A DNA stretch of 62,837 bases, counting the filler, from Choristocarpus tenellus KU-1152 (lineage: Eukaryota; Protista; Phaeophyceae), in the NCBI GenBank assembly GCA_964200185.2. It is 6 parts of 6 records of this genome, joined end to end, with 100 filler letters (N's around TTAATTAATTAA, not from the genome) between each part and the next. Parts side by side here need not be neighbours in the genome. Positions count along the whole stretch, not along the records: positions 11,246 to 19,842 come from CAXNAD020004547.1; positions 19,943 to 24,664 come from CAXNAD020013336.1; positions 24,765 to 38,417 come from CAXNAD020001422.1; 3 more parts are not named here. One strand, given 5' to 3'. How positions within the stretch are numbered: the first letter of the stretch is position 1; each line of letters begins with the position of its first letter. Both the position numbers and the translations under genes were made by a program. This document shows, in pieces, positions 18,651 to 31,600 of this stretch. Under the pieces are notes generated by a model. It did not search any database, was not told the DNA's origin, and saw nothing but the letters and a program-made list of their open reading frames with translations.

Positions 18651-19973
18651 TGGTGTTATCAATCAATTTGATTGGCTGATGTATTTGTGGTCCTGCCCTG
18701 GGTGTGTGGCAGGACAAGAGGGGGTGGGATGTGTGTGTGTGCTCGTGTGGAAAGGGTGGGGGGTGAGGAAGAGAGAAGTCAACATGAGAAATCTGATTAT
18801 TTTATGTGTTCGACATGTGGGCATTGGCAATTGGCCTGTAGGTATTGACCTCTCCTCTAGGCCTTTTCGGTTCGTTTTCCTGCACCACACAGGGGGCGGG
18901 GAGGGGGAGTTGGGTTGTTTAAAGATTGGCACATTCGTTCCCCTTCTCATCCCTATCCCCCTACTTTTGTCTCTGGGAGTTACCTCATACATACTAGAGG
19001 TAGGGAGTTTGTTGATTGCTGGGGAGGTGTTGAATGGAGTTGTATCACCTCTAGAAAGAGAGCAACTCAGCCAGAGAGCGTTGGGGTTTTTCCATGAGAG
19101 ATGTGGGGGATACTGTCGTAAGATTTGATGAACCAAGAGTCAGCATCTGTTGCATGATCATGTGCATAGTTTATGTGCGGACGTTTGTGTGTTTGGTTGT
19201 TGTGGAGGGTGCAAGGTGATGAGGAAGAGAGAGATAAGAAGTGGTTCATTGTGTGGGGATGTGAGGTTCATATATACGGGAAAGGACGTACAACAGTTTA
19301 GTGGGGGTAGTCAAGTTCTTGCTGCTGTTGTGTACCTACTTTCCTCTTCTTTCTCTTTGTCTATTCCCCCCCTCCTACCTAGCTCTCCACTGTTTTTTTC
19401 TTGGGAACACTTTTCTGCCCTCGTACAGTTGGACCTGTCTCGTTTTATTTTATTTTATGCAACACTACTATACACCAGAGAGATAAGGGGTCTTTTTTAC
19501 TCTCAGTGCTCTGCCATTCTTTTTTTTTCCCGCTCTTACTATTGTAGTGTGGAGACTGGTAATGATGACAGACATGTCCACTTCGGCAAATACTTGAAGC
19601 AACTCCAGTATTTGGGTCACTTTGTGCTAGGTATAGTTATAATTCTATTCTTAGTTCGATACTTGAACTACATTATACTATTAGCATAACGTTACACCTC
19701 CTAGAATATTGTTCTTGAGATTATCTGGCCCACCAGTAGCCACTTCCATCCTCCTCCTCACCCCCCCCCCCCTCCCCCCCCCCACTCCCTGTACCTCTCG
19801 AACCGCTATTTTACCCCCCAGCCGCTTTGCCTTAACTCGCCTNNNNNNNNNNNNNNNNNNNNNNNNNNNNNNNNNNNNNNNNNNNNTTAATTAATTAANN
19901 NNNNNNNNNNNNNNNNNNNNNNNNNNNNNNNNNNNNNNNNNNTTGTGTGCAGTAGCGCTGGGTGGGGGCGGGG

Positions 19974-20002
<29 letters not shown>

Positions 20003-20004
<2 letters not shown>

Positions 20005-20155
20005 GGGGGTCTACACCAAGGTGTCCATTTGGGTCATAACCAGGAAAAGTGACTTACATTATCTATCCGACGTATGCAACCGAATCACCCAAAATCGCGA
20101 CATGAAAAATTGACCCCAAATGGACAGCCACCGCACCCCTAAGATACTTTGAGCC
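20003..20155. mobile_element. MITE family B, left end lost in poly-G at the contig start
   Basis: ctacaccaaggtgtccatttggg...aagatactttgagcc matches the other B copies. Confidence 0.85.
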
Positions 20156-20590
20156 TTCTATGCATTAAACCCAATTTTGTTCCAATGATCTTGCGCCCAG
20201 TGTGAGCGCTACACAAAATTAGCTACAAAATCATGCAAGGTAGTAGGTCACCCAGTCAGATTGGTTGCAATTAGTACTCCAAAACATACTATATAGTATA
20301 CACTAATCTCCATAAGATCCTGACCTGGTGAAACTCCCACATCTCAACAAAATACTGTGTACTTATATTTTCTGTTATGACAGTCACATTGCTCCAGTTA
20401 ACCACTATTGCATATCTCCCTATTATGACAGACCTGTGATATCTCCAGGACTAGGCACCCCAACTGAGAATGCCCACATTCAGTTCTTTCTGATATCGTT
20501 TGGCAAAAAGAACTTCCTTATTGTGGGAGGGTAACTGCACTTGTACGCACACCTCACTCACCATTTGCCTAATCCATGTAAACTTTTCAG

Positions 20591-23500
20591 CCTTCAAGCA
20601 GGCCAGGCACCAATGGTGAAGATTCAGTCAGGCAGAGAACTTAAATGCCTTGAGAGCAAGGCAGCACAGCTGAAGAAGGAAATTCTCGTCCTGAAGTCTG
20701 ACCAGTCATGGTTGCGGTCCTGCTCCCACAAGAAAGCTGGGCTTGCATTTGGAAAGTCAGCAACGGGGCAGCGGCGTCCTGCAACCACAGCTGTGTCCTG
20801 TCAGGTAAGCAGGGTAAGGAGAAGAGGTATGAATCGGCATCAGCTGTAGGTGTTGCTTTATGTGCACATATGTGTGTGTGTGTACAAGCAAATAAACTCA
20901 ATGAGTCAAAGTATCTTAGAGGGCAGAGTCGTCCATTTGGGGGTCAAAATCCAATATTGCAATTTTGATGTAATTTTGGCTATCATGTTTGTTAGGAGAT
21001 GTCAATATCCTTGTTCTGGACACACCTTCTCATAACTTATATACTTTACCTACTCCAAAACATTTTCGAGTAGGTAAAACTTTATAAAAAAACTTGTGCG
21101 AAGCCAAGCCCCAAATAAACAAACAGGACAAAATCGTACCCTCTAAGATACTTTCACTCAGTTTCATATGCAACACACACACACAGAAGTAGACTACCGT
21201 ATGGTCATACACGCACTCTCCTGAACACACACAAACACACACATACATATATATGTATACCCAATACAAGTATTCATGCACATCCACACAAAATAAACAA
21301 TACACATACGGTAACTTGTATACTGAGTTGTTAATTTGTTCAGGATAGCACCTCTAGCCTCATCTAGGATGCTAAGGGATAATAAAATGTGCACATATGG
21401 TTGTGCATACCATGAAATTTACAGAATGCTTTTCATTCTCTAGGGTACCTCCTTCTGCCATCACTCTCAGAATCTGTTCAATACCAATAAATGACCTGCA
21501 GACAAAGCCCGAGACCCGCTGCATCATAATCTTATTTTATTTTTCTGGGCTTCTTTGTCGCTCCTGTGGGTCTGAACTACATGTAGCCTGCCTGTGAAGG
21601 TACACATCTACTCTACAAGCAACAACTTCACTACCTCAACTGTGTGTTGCGTTCATTCGTGCCCCTGCTTGTCATCTCCCCTCCCTCCCTCCCTCCCTCG
21701 AACCCAGTGTATACTCTTCTACCAGTACCAGTTTTCACTAATGAAGCAACAACCGTCACTTCTTCCCACGGCACTCACCCGGACATATCATGCCACTCAC
21801 CGCATGGAGTAGCCCCATACCATGAATATCAAAACAATTTTCCCCGTTATTTAGAAGTTTTCGTGTGAATCAAGGTTCAAACATCAGGCACCTCACAGTA
21901 TGAGCACTGTTGTTACTCAGATCCGAAGCATTAAGAGAGTAGGAGTTTACCACTGTTTGTCCGTTCAGGGTGTGGCTTCCCACGGATTTTTAATGCCCAT
22001 TTTTCGGTTTTCTGTGAACACAGTTACGTACTCCAAAACCTTTCGGAGTAGGTCAAATGTATGACTATGAAAGGTTCGTCCGGAGCAAGGATATTGGCAC
22101 TTGCTAACAAACACGATAGCCAAAATTACATCAAAATCGCAACATTGGATATATGACCCCGAGCGGACGCGGTCCTACCCTCTGAAATGCTTTGAATCTC
22201 ACAGGTTCACAGCAGAAGTAGCACCCAAGTACATCACACTCTTGCCCGAATAAGATTGCCAGCAGAATTTTCCTTAATGTTCCTTTTTAGAGCCTTACAC
22301 TGGACCGGGTGGTTGTGACAAGGCCAGGCCATGGGTCGGTTAGACTTCCTCTGAACGGGCCAGACCAGGGCTGTAGGAAATTTCACAGGGTCAAGGCAAG
22401 AGATGACTCAGGAAAAATGTTTTTCATAGAGAGCCGCAGGCCAGCTCAGGCAAGATGTATTTCTAAAGGACCAGGATGAAAGTATCTTAGAGGGTACGAG
22501 TTTTACCCTGTTTGTCCATTTGGAGCTTGGCTTCCCATCCATGGGGTTTTCATGATATTTTGCCTACTCCAAAATGTTTCGGAGTAGGTAATATGTATAC
22601 GTTATGAAATGGTGTGTCCGGAACAAGGATACCAACACTTCCTAACAAATACGACGGATAAAATTACATGGAAATTGCAACATTGGATTTTGCCCCCCAA
22701 ATGGACGCGGCCCTACCCTCTAAGATAATTTGACTCCCAGGTGAGGTCCCAGGAAATGCATTAAACACGTGAAAATATTGCATACTCCAGTGCCACAAAA
22801 GAACAGAAAAAGATATCCATATTATTTGTTAGTAGTATGGTATCGTTCAACATTCAATGTTTCAGAGAGTGTAGGAAGGGGGTCATACAATATTCCGTAG
22901 AAAATTCTTTCTACGTTTTAAAAATGTTTTTCCAAGAGACTTGTAACCTCTTTCTCCTAGCCCTCCTTTTTTTGGATCCTTGCAATGCTCATATTTTTCC
23001 GAAAGGTGGAACAGCACACCAAACCGATAAATAAAGGTAGAATTGAGGTGAAAATGGATCAAAAGATGCACTTATCCTCTGAAAAAATCGGTGAACGGGC
23101 AGTTTGTTGTGCATATGCTGCAGAGGGTATCAGGGTACGATTCTGATGGTATGGCCCAACTGACCTTCATAAGAGAAGGATATTGATTAGCTGGACTACT
23201 TTGTGCGATACTTGGAGGCAGTGCAATAGAAAAGTTCAACTTCCCTAGTTGCTAAAATTATCTGGGGGGGAGTGGCGGCTGTCCATTCAGGGCTCATTTT
23301 TCCATGTCGCGATTTTTGGGTGATTTGATTGCATGGGTCGGATGGATAATATATGTGCACTTCTCCTAGTCAGGGCCCGAATGGACACCCTGGTGTAGTC
23401 CCCCCCCCTCCCCCCCAGATACTTTGAGCCAGTCATGCGCCCCTTCCTAAACCACTGGCTTATTCTCTTCGAACTCTGCATCTCCTCCAAGGAAATGGAG

Positions 23501-24438
23501 AAATTACCCAGTCAATCCGTAACATGCACTCCAAGTACATTGGCAGTGATTAACACAGAGCATGGCATCCTTTGAACTATTCCATGAGAAGCACATTCTT
23601 GGCACAATTCGGCAAGTTAGCAAGCTAGTGGTGAATATATAAAATGAATGCGAAAATGATGGTAAGATGACCTATCAAGCTGCTTTGCTTGATATATTAA
23701 CTTCCCCGTCTTTGAGCTTGTATCCACAAACCTTGTGCAACAAGGTTTTAGAAAATTGATCGGCCAATAGACAGGTTGCCTAGAGGATAATCATACGGTG
23801 GAGTGGAGTTTTCAATCACTTAAGGTCTGTGACTTGAGAATATGATCAGTTGAGTGGTGACTAACTATCACTATCAGCCTCTTTCTTGAGTATGCATGAA
23901 ACCTATCAGCCAAGTGGCATGTAGCACTTCGAGCCACAGAGCCCTACAAGTTTGCCATTCTTGGCACTTCTCATTCACCATTATTACAAACATCCTTGCA
24001 AGAGTGGACCGCTGTGTAAGGAAGGTAAGAGGATACCGAACCACTGACTAAATCACCACATTTTCCAAGGCGCCCCATCTTATGTTACAACACATTGCAA
24101 GCACGATCTCGGTGACGATTCTCAACCCTTGATGCTAACCATTATACAGTCGTCAAACGCTCTGCCATATAGCATTGACATAGATGGAAGGGGCTGCATC
24201 TCTTAAGCACCAAATTGGAGCGAGTGCGAGCAGAACGCAGAAAGCAAGCACAATCACTTTCCAAATGCCTCTCTAGTCTATTCTCTCAGCAGTCCCTAAC
24301 TCCCTCACCTCCCCCTTTTTTACACATTTCAGTCGCAGAAGGAAGATCGCTTTTACCACCCCCTTTGGAGCAAAGCGTCGTTCCTCAAGGCACCAGGGCA
24401 GGGTTCGTACTCCTTAGAAGGAGAAGATGCCGCTTTGG
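20591..24438 (+). CDS. Internal exons (20591-20804, 24333-24438) of a partial gene, possibly an ODF3/STPG (sperm-tail PG-rich repeat)-like flagellar protein
   Basis: Both segments have a polypyrimidine-AG acceptor and a GTAAG donor, and they join in phase 0. The second reads SQKEDRFYHPLWSKASFLKAPGQGSYSLEGEDAALG, resembling the RF...PGPGxY repeat. Confidence 0.5.
20903..21159. mobile_element. MITE family A (about 257 bp)
   Basis: TIRs GAGTCAAAGTATCTTAGAGGG...CCCTCTAAGATACTTTCACTC; more than ten copies in the window. Confidence 0.93.
21935..22199. mobile_element. MITE family A, diverged or partial copy
   Basis: Interior and right end (ctaccctctgaaatgctttgaatc) match family A; the left TIR is eroded. 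Confidence 0.75.
22474..22736. mobile_element. MITE family A, TSD CCA
   Basis: Both TIRs present; CCA flanks both sides. Confidence 0.92.
23250..23430. mobile_element. MITE family B, TSD AGT
   Basis: gctaaaattatctggggggg...cccccagatactttgagcc, flanked by AGT on both sides. Confidence 0.9.
23480..24290 (-). pseudogene. Possible decayed hAT-like transposase fragment in an intron
   Basis: With frameshifts and stops, the minus strand gives FCSHSLQ/LVL..RDA (CxxH-like) and, about 45 codons later, CNIRWG (TRW-like). This is the motif spacing of hAT transposases. Read by eye only. Confidence 0.35.
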
Positions 24439-24590
24439 GTAAGGGATCTACTAGAAGGTGCGCACAACGATAGGATTAGGGGTGGTGGCGTATTGTGTAA
24501 CACGTACGCTTTACCCTTCAGTATATTTGTTGTGTGTGTGTTTAGTGCATAGAGTAGCACCTATGCGACACCAAGGGAGAGGTCTGTTTG

Positions 24591-24664
24591 GGCTCAAATT
24601 ATCTGGGAGGGGGTGGCGGCTGTCCATTTGGGGTCAATTTTTTCATGTCACGATTTTTGGGTTA
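24591..24664. mobile_element. MITE family B truncated by the contig end
   Basis: ggctcaaattatctgggagggggtggcggctgtccatttgggg runs into the N gap. Confidence 0.88.
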
Positions 24665-24770
24665 NNNNNNNNNNNNNNNNNNNNNNNNNNNNNNNNNNNN
24701 NNNNNNNNTTAATTAATTAANNNNNNNNNNNNNNNNNNNNNNNNNNNNNNNNNNNNNNNNNNNNCAATCA

Positions 24771-25029
24771 GAGCCAAAGTATCTTAGAGGGTAGAGCCAC
24801 GTCCATTTGGGGACCAAAGTCCAATGTTGCGATTTTGATGTAATTTTGGCTATTGCGTTTGTTAGGAAGTGTCAATATCCATGTTCCTAACACACTTTTT
24901 CATAACATACACACTTTATCTACTCCTAAACATTTTGGAGTAGGAAAATGTCATATGAGAACCCATGGGAAACCAAGCCCCAAATGGACAAACAGGTCAA
25001 AACTCGTACCCTCTAAGATACTTTCACTC
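24771..25029. mobile_element. MITE family A, TSD TCA
   Basis: Both TIRs present; TCA flanks both sides. Confidence 0.92.
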
Positions 25030-25684
25030 TCATGTTCCTTTTTCTGTTTAGCAAATGGACTCTCTCTTGACAAACAGAATCTCGTACTTTTATAATATTA
25101 CCACAGAGGGAAGTAGTACAATTAGCATTGAGGATATTACAGGGAGGGTGGTAAAGTACATGGAACAACTAGCAAACATTTTAACTGATATATATATGAC
25201 GTCTTGCTCTCGACATTGAGACAACAGGGTGAAGTCACCCTGTGAATCTCCTCTTATCCCCTCAATACTGACACCCCTTCACTTCATTTGCCTAGAAGTG
25301 CCTTGGGATACACAGTCCTGATGTGCTCACTACTTTGGAATGTTGTCGATCTTCCTCTCCTATTGTCCCTGTGGCACACAACATGCATTGAAGTGTACCT
25401 CTAGAAGAGCATATTGTTGCTGTTGTTGTTGATGCCACACTCTTGCCAAGTCATTTTCCTGGGAAACGACAATGAAAGATGAAGAGATGACTACCTGCAC
25501 CTCTACAATATAATGTGTGCCTGATCTATCACGGGAAGAGCCACCAAACTTCAACTACTTGGAGACAACATCGAGGCACTACATCACTCCTTGTTCCTCC
25601 TTTTGTCCCCCAAATTGGCACCCGCCCACCTCGTTTTGTCTTTCTAGAGTAGAGTCCCTCTCCATGCGTGTGTGTGACCAACAG

Positions 25685-28600
25685 AGAAGGACTGGAGAGG
25701 TTCCGGGCACCAGCGGGGTTGGGAAAATGGGAGTCACCTTCACCTACCCCCAGGTGACTCAAATAGGAGAGGTAGACCTTCTGAAAGAGCTTTTAGGTGG
25801 AATCATGACCAACCGGGGAGATGAGCACATAGGGTTGGTGTTCGGAAGCCAGACTTGGGGTGTGGGTTCTGGACTATGCTCGATAGAATTGAAGCTAGGA
25901 ATATAGTAGCTGGGTTTTTCTTCAGCTGTGTTGAGCGATGCTCCACAAAAGAGAAGTAGGTCTAGATCATGATGTCATTTTTCCTTTTGCATGAACAATA
26001 CAGTCTCTGCAATGTGTCGTAATTTGATCCTAATACTTGGTTGATTACATGGTTCAACACATACATTAGTTGGATGAATAATTCAGCAATGCTGCAAGTT
26101 TTACAGATGACGTCACAGATAACGTACTAACATACAAACTGTTCAGACCCACAGTCAGACAGCGATAATACGAAAGAGAGCAGTGAAAACATCAACGTTG
26201 GAGTAGCAGACAATGACCTGTCTTATTTTTGTAACCATCACAGGAGAACCAGCTACTATCAGCTACTTTTTAATGTCAGGATGACTTGTTCAAGACAAGT
26301 GCACTTGACTCATGACTTGTCCGATATTTTATTTATACAATTACCCCACCGATCAGTGAATTGGTCTCCATTTCCATGTCCCCCTGCCTAGTCCCCACCT
26401 CCTAGTCTCCACTCTCCAGCACCACATTGAAGGGTCGTAAGACATGCATTGCATAACACATTTCGAGCTACGTTTGGATGGTCACATATCTGTGTATGTT
26501 TTGGCCGTAGAGGAATGTGTATTAGCACGATTGGAGATCTGCATGGGAGATGATCTTGTATCTTGTTCCTAGAAGGTAGTGAGTTGAATGGAGGAAGCAA
26601 TTATTCAACATGTAGTAATCAGCATATATAAATTGTATATCCTGAAAATTGATACCAAGAACAAGAGTAACATTTGAGATGGAGATAAGAAAGGTTGCAG
26701 GACAAATGCGTTTAATTGGCTCAGTGTAACACACTAGGTTTTCTACTTGGCGCATTTCATATCACATCCCCTAACTCTACGAATGCTGGCATGACTCTCA
26801 AGCACTGATGATGCCCACATTGAAGAACATCTGAGTGAAAGTATCTTAGAGGATATGAGTTTTGCCCTGTTTGTTCATTTGAGGCTTGGTTTCCCATGGG
26901 TTCTCATATGACATTTTACCTACCCCGAAACCATTTCTAAGTATGTAAAATGTATATGTTATGAAACGATGTGTCCGGAACAATGATATTGACATCTCCT
27001 ATCAAACACGATACCCATAATTATATCAAAATCGCAAAATTGAATTTTGGCCCCCAAATGGACACGGCGCTACCCTCTAAGATACTTCGACTCTCTACTT
27101 ACATAGGAACTATTATTCCTTTCAAAGGATAACCCCAACCATTCATCACCACACACTATAGGCATGTCCTACTCCCCATGTTCACCCGCAAAGCCTCAAC
27201 CCCAGTCTGTCTCCCGTGCTACTGTACTACCCCTGAAAGCCCCAACTGTGTACACTCCCTTCCTCTCACCCCCCTAACCCCAACCCTCTTTCATTGGATA
27301 TCTGTTGTTGTACGCAATTTCCTTTCCCCTGCAACCAATCCTACTCCTCTCCTACTCCCTTCCCATTCCTGTTATGTACATCCACCATCCATGCCCATGA
27401 GTCCACCCCTGTTATTGTTATCGTTCCCACCCTTCTACACGTCCTTGCTCATGTCTCCATGCTTGTTCCCCACCCGCTCTCCGCTCTCCCCACAAGGCCC
27501 CAGAGCGCACAAGACCTGTAGGAGTATTTTTTCGGGACAAAGAGGTAGGGACACCGAAGACATAGAGTTGTAGTCATGGATACCACAGTGGACCCCCCTC
27601 AGTCCTGTGCGGCAAGATACTTGTGGACGACAGCAGTATTTGTATTGAAGTGCAAGGCCTAGCACGTGGCTATGTTTTTCTCCCTCAACCTCCAACAAAG
27701 TGTCAAGGGGAAACTTGTCTGCACCCCCTAATAGTATCCACCTAGTCGCGGTGTCAATACCTCATGTATATGTATATCTTTGAATCAGGTCGACAAGCTC
27801 AGGAGCTCACTGAACGGTACTTCCTCAACACCCTCTAGGTGTCATCCACAGATTCTGTGCTAGTGAGGGTTGCCCTGGCTCTGGACACTCCCATAACTAC
27901 ACCAATTGTGCTGGCATGGGAGCGGGAAGGCTCTTGTCCGGAAAGCGCTCCAGACGAGGTGTGTGAGAAAAAATAGGTCCTATCCCTAACCCTAACCCTA
28001 TAGTTGTTTGAAGTGAAGTGAGAGGTCGTGTAGTTAGGCTGCATCTACAGATAATCCAAGGGTTCGGGCTAGGGTTAGGTTAGGGTTAGGAATAGGGATA
28101 GGATTTGGATTAGGGGGTGATATCAATACAATCAACACTAAGGTTGAAGGGGGAGGGAACGATAGAGGCTGCAGATGCCCTAATGGACTATACCATTGGT
28201 TTAAACGCCTTTTTTGCACACAATGTCCCCTCCCCCCTAGCACTACTCTCGGGTTGGGCTCAATAGTTGGGGTTAGGGTCAGGGAATGTTTCAGGTATGG
28301 TATGCAGGGCGAGGTTCTGCTACAGAGGTCGGCTGATAATGACAGTGGGCATATACTTTAAGTGTAGCGCTGTTGAACACTGTGATGGGTATGTTGGTAG
28401 AGAGTTGCGGTGTCAAAGAGAGTCAAAGTAAATGAGAGGTACCCAGGCCACGGCATTTTTGAATTTTTACTCTATTTTATAACCTTTTGCAATTCACCCA
28501 TATTGCTATGGATAACGTTTTAAAGTTTGACTTGAGAGCGCTAATTCTCTATTGTTTGAAATTTTTCCGACGCATTTCAGAAAATATCCTACACATATTT

Positions 28601-31600
28601 GTAAAAAAACAAGCCAACGAATTTTGCACATATTTATCAGCACCCTTAAAATCCATCTCTGGGTACCTCTCGCTTTACTTTGACTCAGAGCAACACGAAA
28701 CAATCTTAGAAATGCTTTATTGAACTACTCCTCATACAGGATTGACTCACTCTCACCAACATATTGAGGGCCACACACAGATAACGCTGAAGTGTCTAAT
28801 TTTCACAAACATGTTACATATATACAATTTTTACTTCATCTGCAATCGTCCAATCAATTGCAATTATTCGACAAATTTCCATATACATCGAGGTTGTTGG
28901 GAGGTTTGATTTGTCATCATTGTCTCAACACTGCAATATTAGAGGGCTCTTAATATACAGAAACTTTGAGTGAAAGTATCTTAGAGGGTACGAATTTTGC
29001 CCTGTTTTATCCATTTGGGGCTTGACTTCCCACGGGGGGATTTTATCACATTTTCCCACTCCGAAATGTTTCAAAGTAGGCAAAAGGTCTATGTTATCAA
29101 AAAGGTGTGTTCGGAACAAGGATATTAACACTTCCTAACAAACACAATAGCCAAATTTACATCAAAATCGCAACATTGGATTTTGTCCCCCAAACGGACG
29201 CAGCTCTACCATCTAAGATATGTTGACTCTTTGAATCTCATTCACACATAGCCATGCCACCAGAACCCCTTCAACTGTTTGATCGAATCCCTTTCACTTA
29301 CTATGATATGTAGTCCATGGTGGAACAACCTCCCTCATCTGCAAATGTCCCCACATCAGTAATATTATCAACAAATCAGGACCAATACATTGTAACATGT
29401 GGTGCAGTTTTTATTTTATTAATATTTTTTTGTCGCTATTATTGTTATTATTATTGTTATTATTATTATTTGGTACCCCTTGCTCAAACTCAGCGGGATC
29501 AGACTGGTGAGGTTTGCTCTCCTGGAGTCGGTGACAAAAACGATCCAGTGTGTCTCTCCAGCTAACACCATTTGCTTGTAGGACCAGAGGTGACTTTCCA
29601 CTTGCCACTATGAACCAAAAACCTCACGTTAAAAACGTATGTTCAATGCCAGGACGTTCTTGGAATTGTCCCAGGTGCCATGATCTCTGCTGGAGCGGTG
29701 CTCTGGGAAGGAGTCGAATCAGGGTTAGGTTCCAGGACCATACCAAGCACACTTGTTTTGACAGCAGCGGAGAGACCACCTGACTATTGTAACTCCCTCA
29801 TTTCCGATGTCACCCTGACCAGGAACAGGGAAAATCCTGCTAAGGGGATTCAACACTTGAGGATGTTGCCTCAGGTGGATGACATGCACTTCAGAAGGTA
29901 ATGTGGGCTGAAAGAGTCTAGGAAGAGCAGGACAGAAACAGGGGGATAGGGAGGTCAGGGAGGAGGTGTGTCATTAAAACTGCACATGGTGTGCGTGTGT
30001 GTGTGTGCGTGTGTGTGTCTGACAACTACGACCCAAAACAATCCTGATACCGTTGACCCCTTGAGGATGTATAGCATCATCATGATCTACACCTCAAGAA
30101 GGATGCACAAAGGAGCAGAGTGGCGCATAATATCATGTACGCATGCACTCATGCGCATGTGTGTGTGAATGTGTGTGTGTTATACCACCTAACGATTGAA
30201 GTGGTACAACTCCTATGAAGATATCCTCCACCCTGCAACATTTTTCCATGCACCCTGAAAAACCAACCACTGACAACCTTGATCTCGGTCCGTCTCCTTT
30301 TCGTAGCCCAACTTCCTGTGTGCTCAGCCTTATCTCCTTCCCAACAGTTACAAGCAACTCTCTCCAAAAAAACGTTTTTCAAATATAGATATGCAGTGTA
30401 CCACCTGCTTGAGCCTGATCCGGTGCTGCAAACCTTGGCATTCGGTGTCACGGAAAGAGCAGCTCTGCCTAACACAGCCAGGGTCTGCGGACGCAGCACA
30501 TTCCATTCAGAGCAGCGCTGTGTGGAGCAGCTGTGCCGCCAGGTAATAAGAAATGAAGGGTTTCGCTGGTTAGGTTGTAGAGTTCGGGAGGGCTTAGTAT
30601 TTGGCAGCTGACCGAAGAAGTGTGGATTGATTTTCGGGCACTTGTGACTCAAAATATCTTGGGGGGGGGAGGGGGAGGTCTACACCAGGGTGTCTATTTG
30701 GGCCCTGACCAGGAGAAATACACTTACATTATCCATCCAATGCATGCAACTGAATCACCCAATAATCGCGACATGGAAAAATGGCCCCCAAATGGACGGC
30801 CGCCCCCCCCAGATACTTTGAGCGTGTAGGTTTCAAGCCAGAAAGGAAGTGGATTGTTTATACTTGCCTCAACCAAGCATACTATTGTATGGGTGGAAGA
30901 TACAACCTCAGGAATTTTTTCCCATAGGAATCTACAGTTGGATCGAATCATTTCTTGTTGTTATAGGCAAATGTTAGATGGATGCAGTGTTGTCGACAGC
31001 TGATACCGTGTGGTCATGCAGGAGATGAACTTTTTCTTATCAAAAAATTGTCTACCTTAGTTCTTCTGGCCGAGGGCACCAACAGTGAAAGGTATACAGC
31101 ATATAGTGTAGGTTCGGTTTTGGGGCCAGGGCTGATGTGCATAAAGGCTCAAGTATGAGGGACAAGGTGCGTAAAGGAAAAGCCAGAATGCAAGCTAAAC
31201 AAAGGAGTGAAGATCCATAACCAACCAGCCCAACACTACAGGCAACTATGGAGGAGCTGCATCATGCCCTAACATCTACTTTGGCCTCATAACCAGCTTT
31301 GGCACAATCTATTGTCACAATCCACAACCTGTCCTTCCTTTGAAGTGCAGTCCTGTTCCGAGTCTTGCATCGTCCTTAAGCCCGATCTAGGGCACTCATC
31401 CAACCCCATTGTTGAACCTGTTCCTGACTCAGCACACAAACTCTAGCCATTCCTGCTTGTACAGTTGATTCGGACCCACAACTCCCCTCCTATTCCAAAC
31501 TCCAGTGGTACTCAACTTTATACCTTATCCCACTGGTAATATCAACCAATTGTCTGTTCCATAGTGCCTATCATCCCCAATCTCAACCAGATATCCTTGG

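Noticed and set aside
19960-20010. Poly-G runs at contig starts (also 11281-11303) as G-quadruplex elements
   Set aside because: They sit at contig edges and merge with the G-tract of MITE B, so they are likely homopolymer or assembly artefacts.
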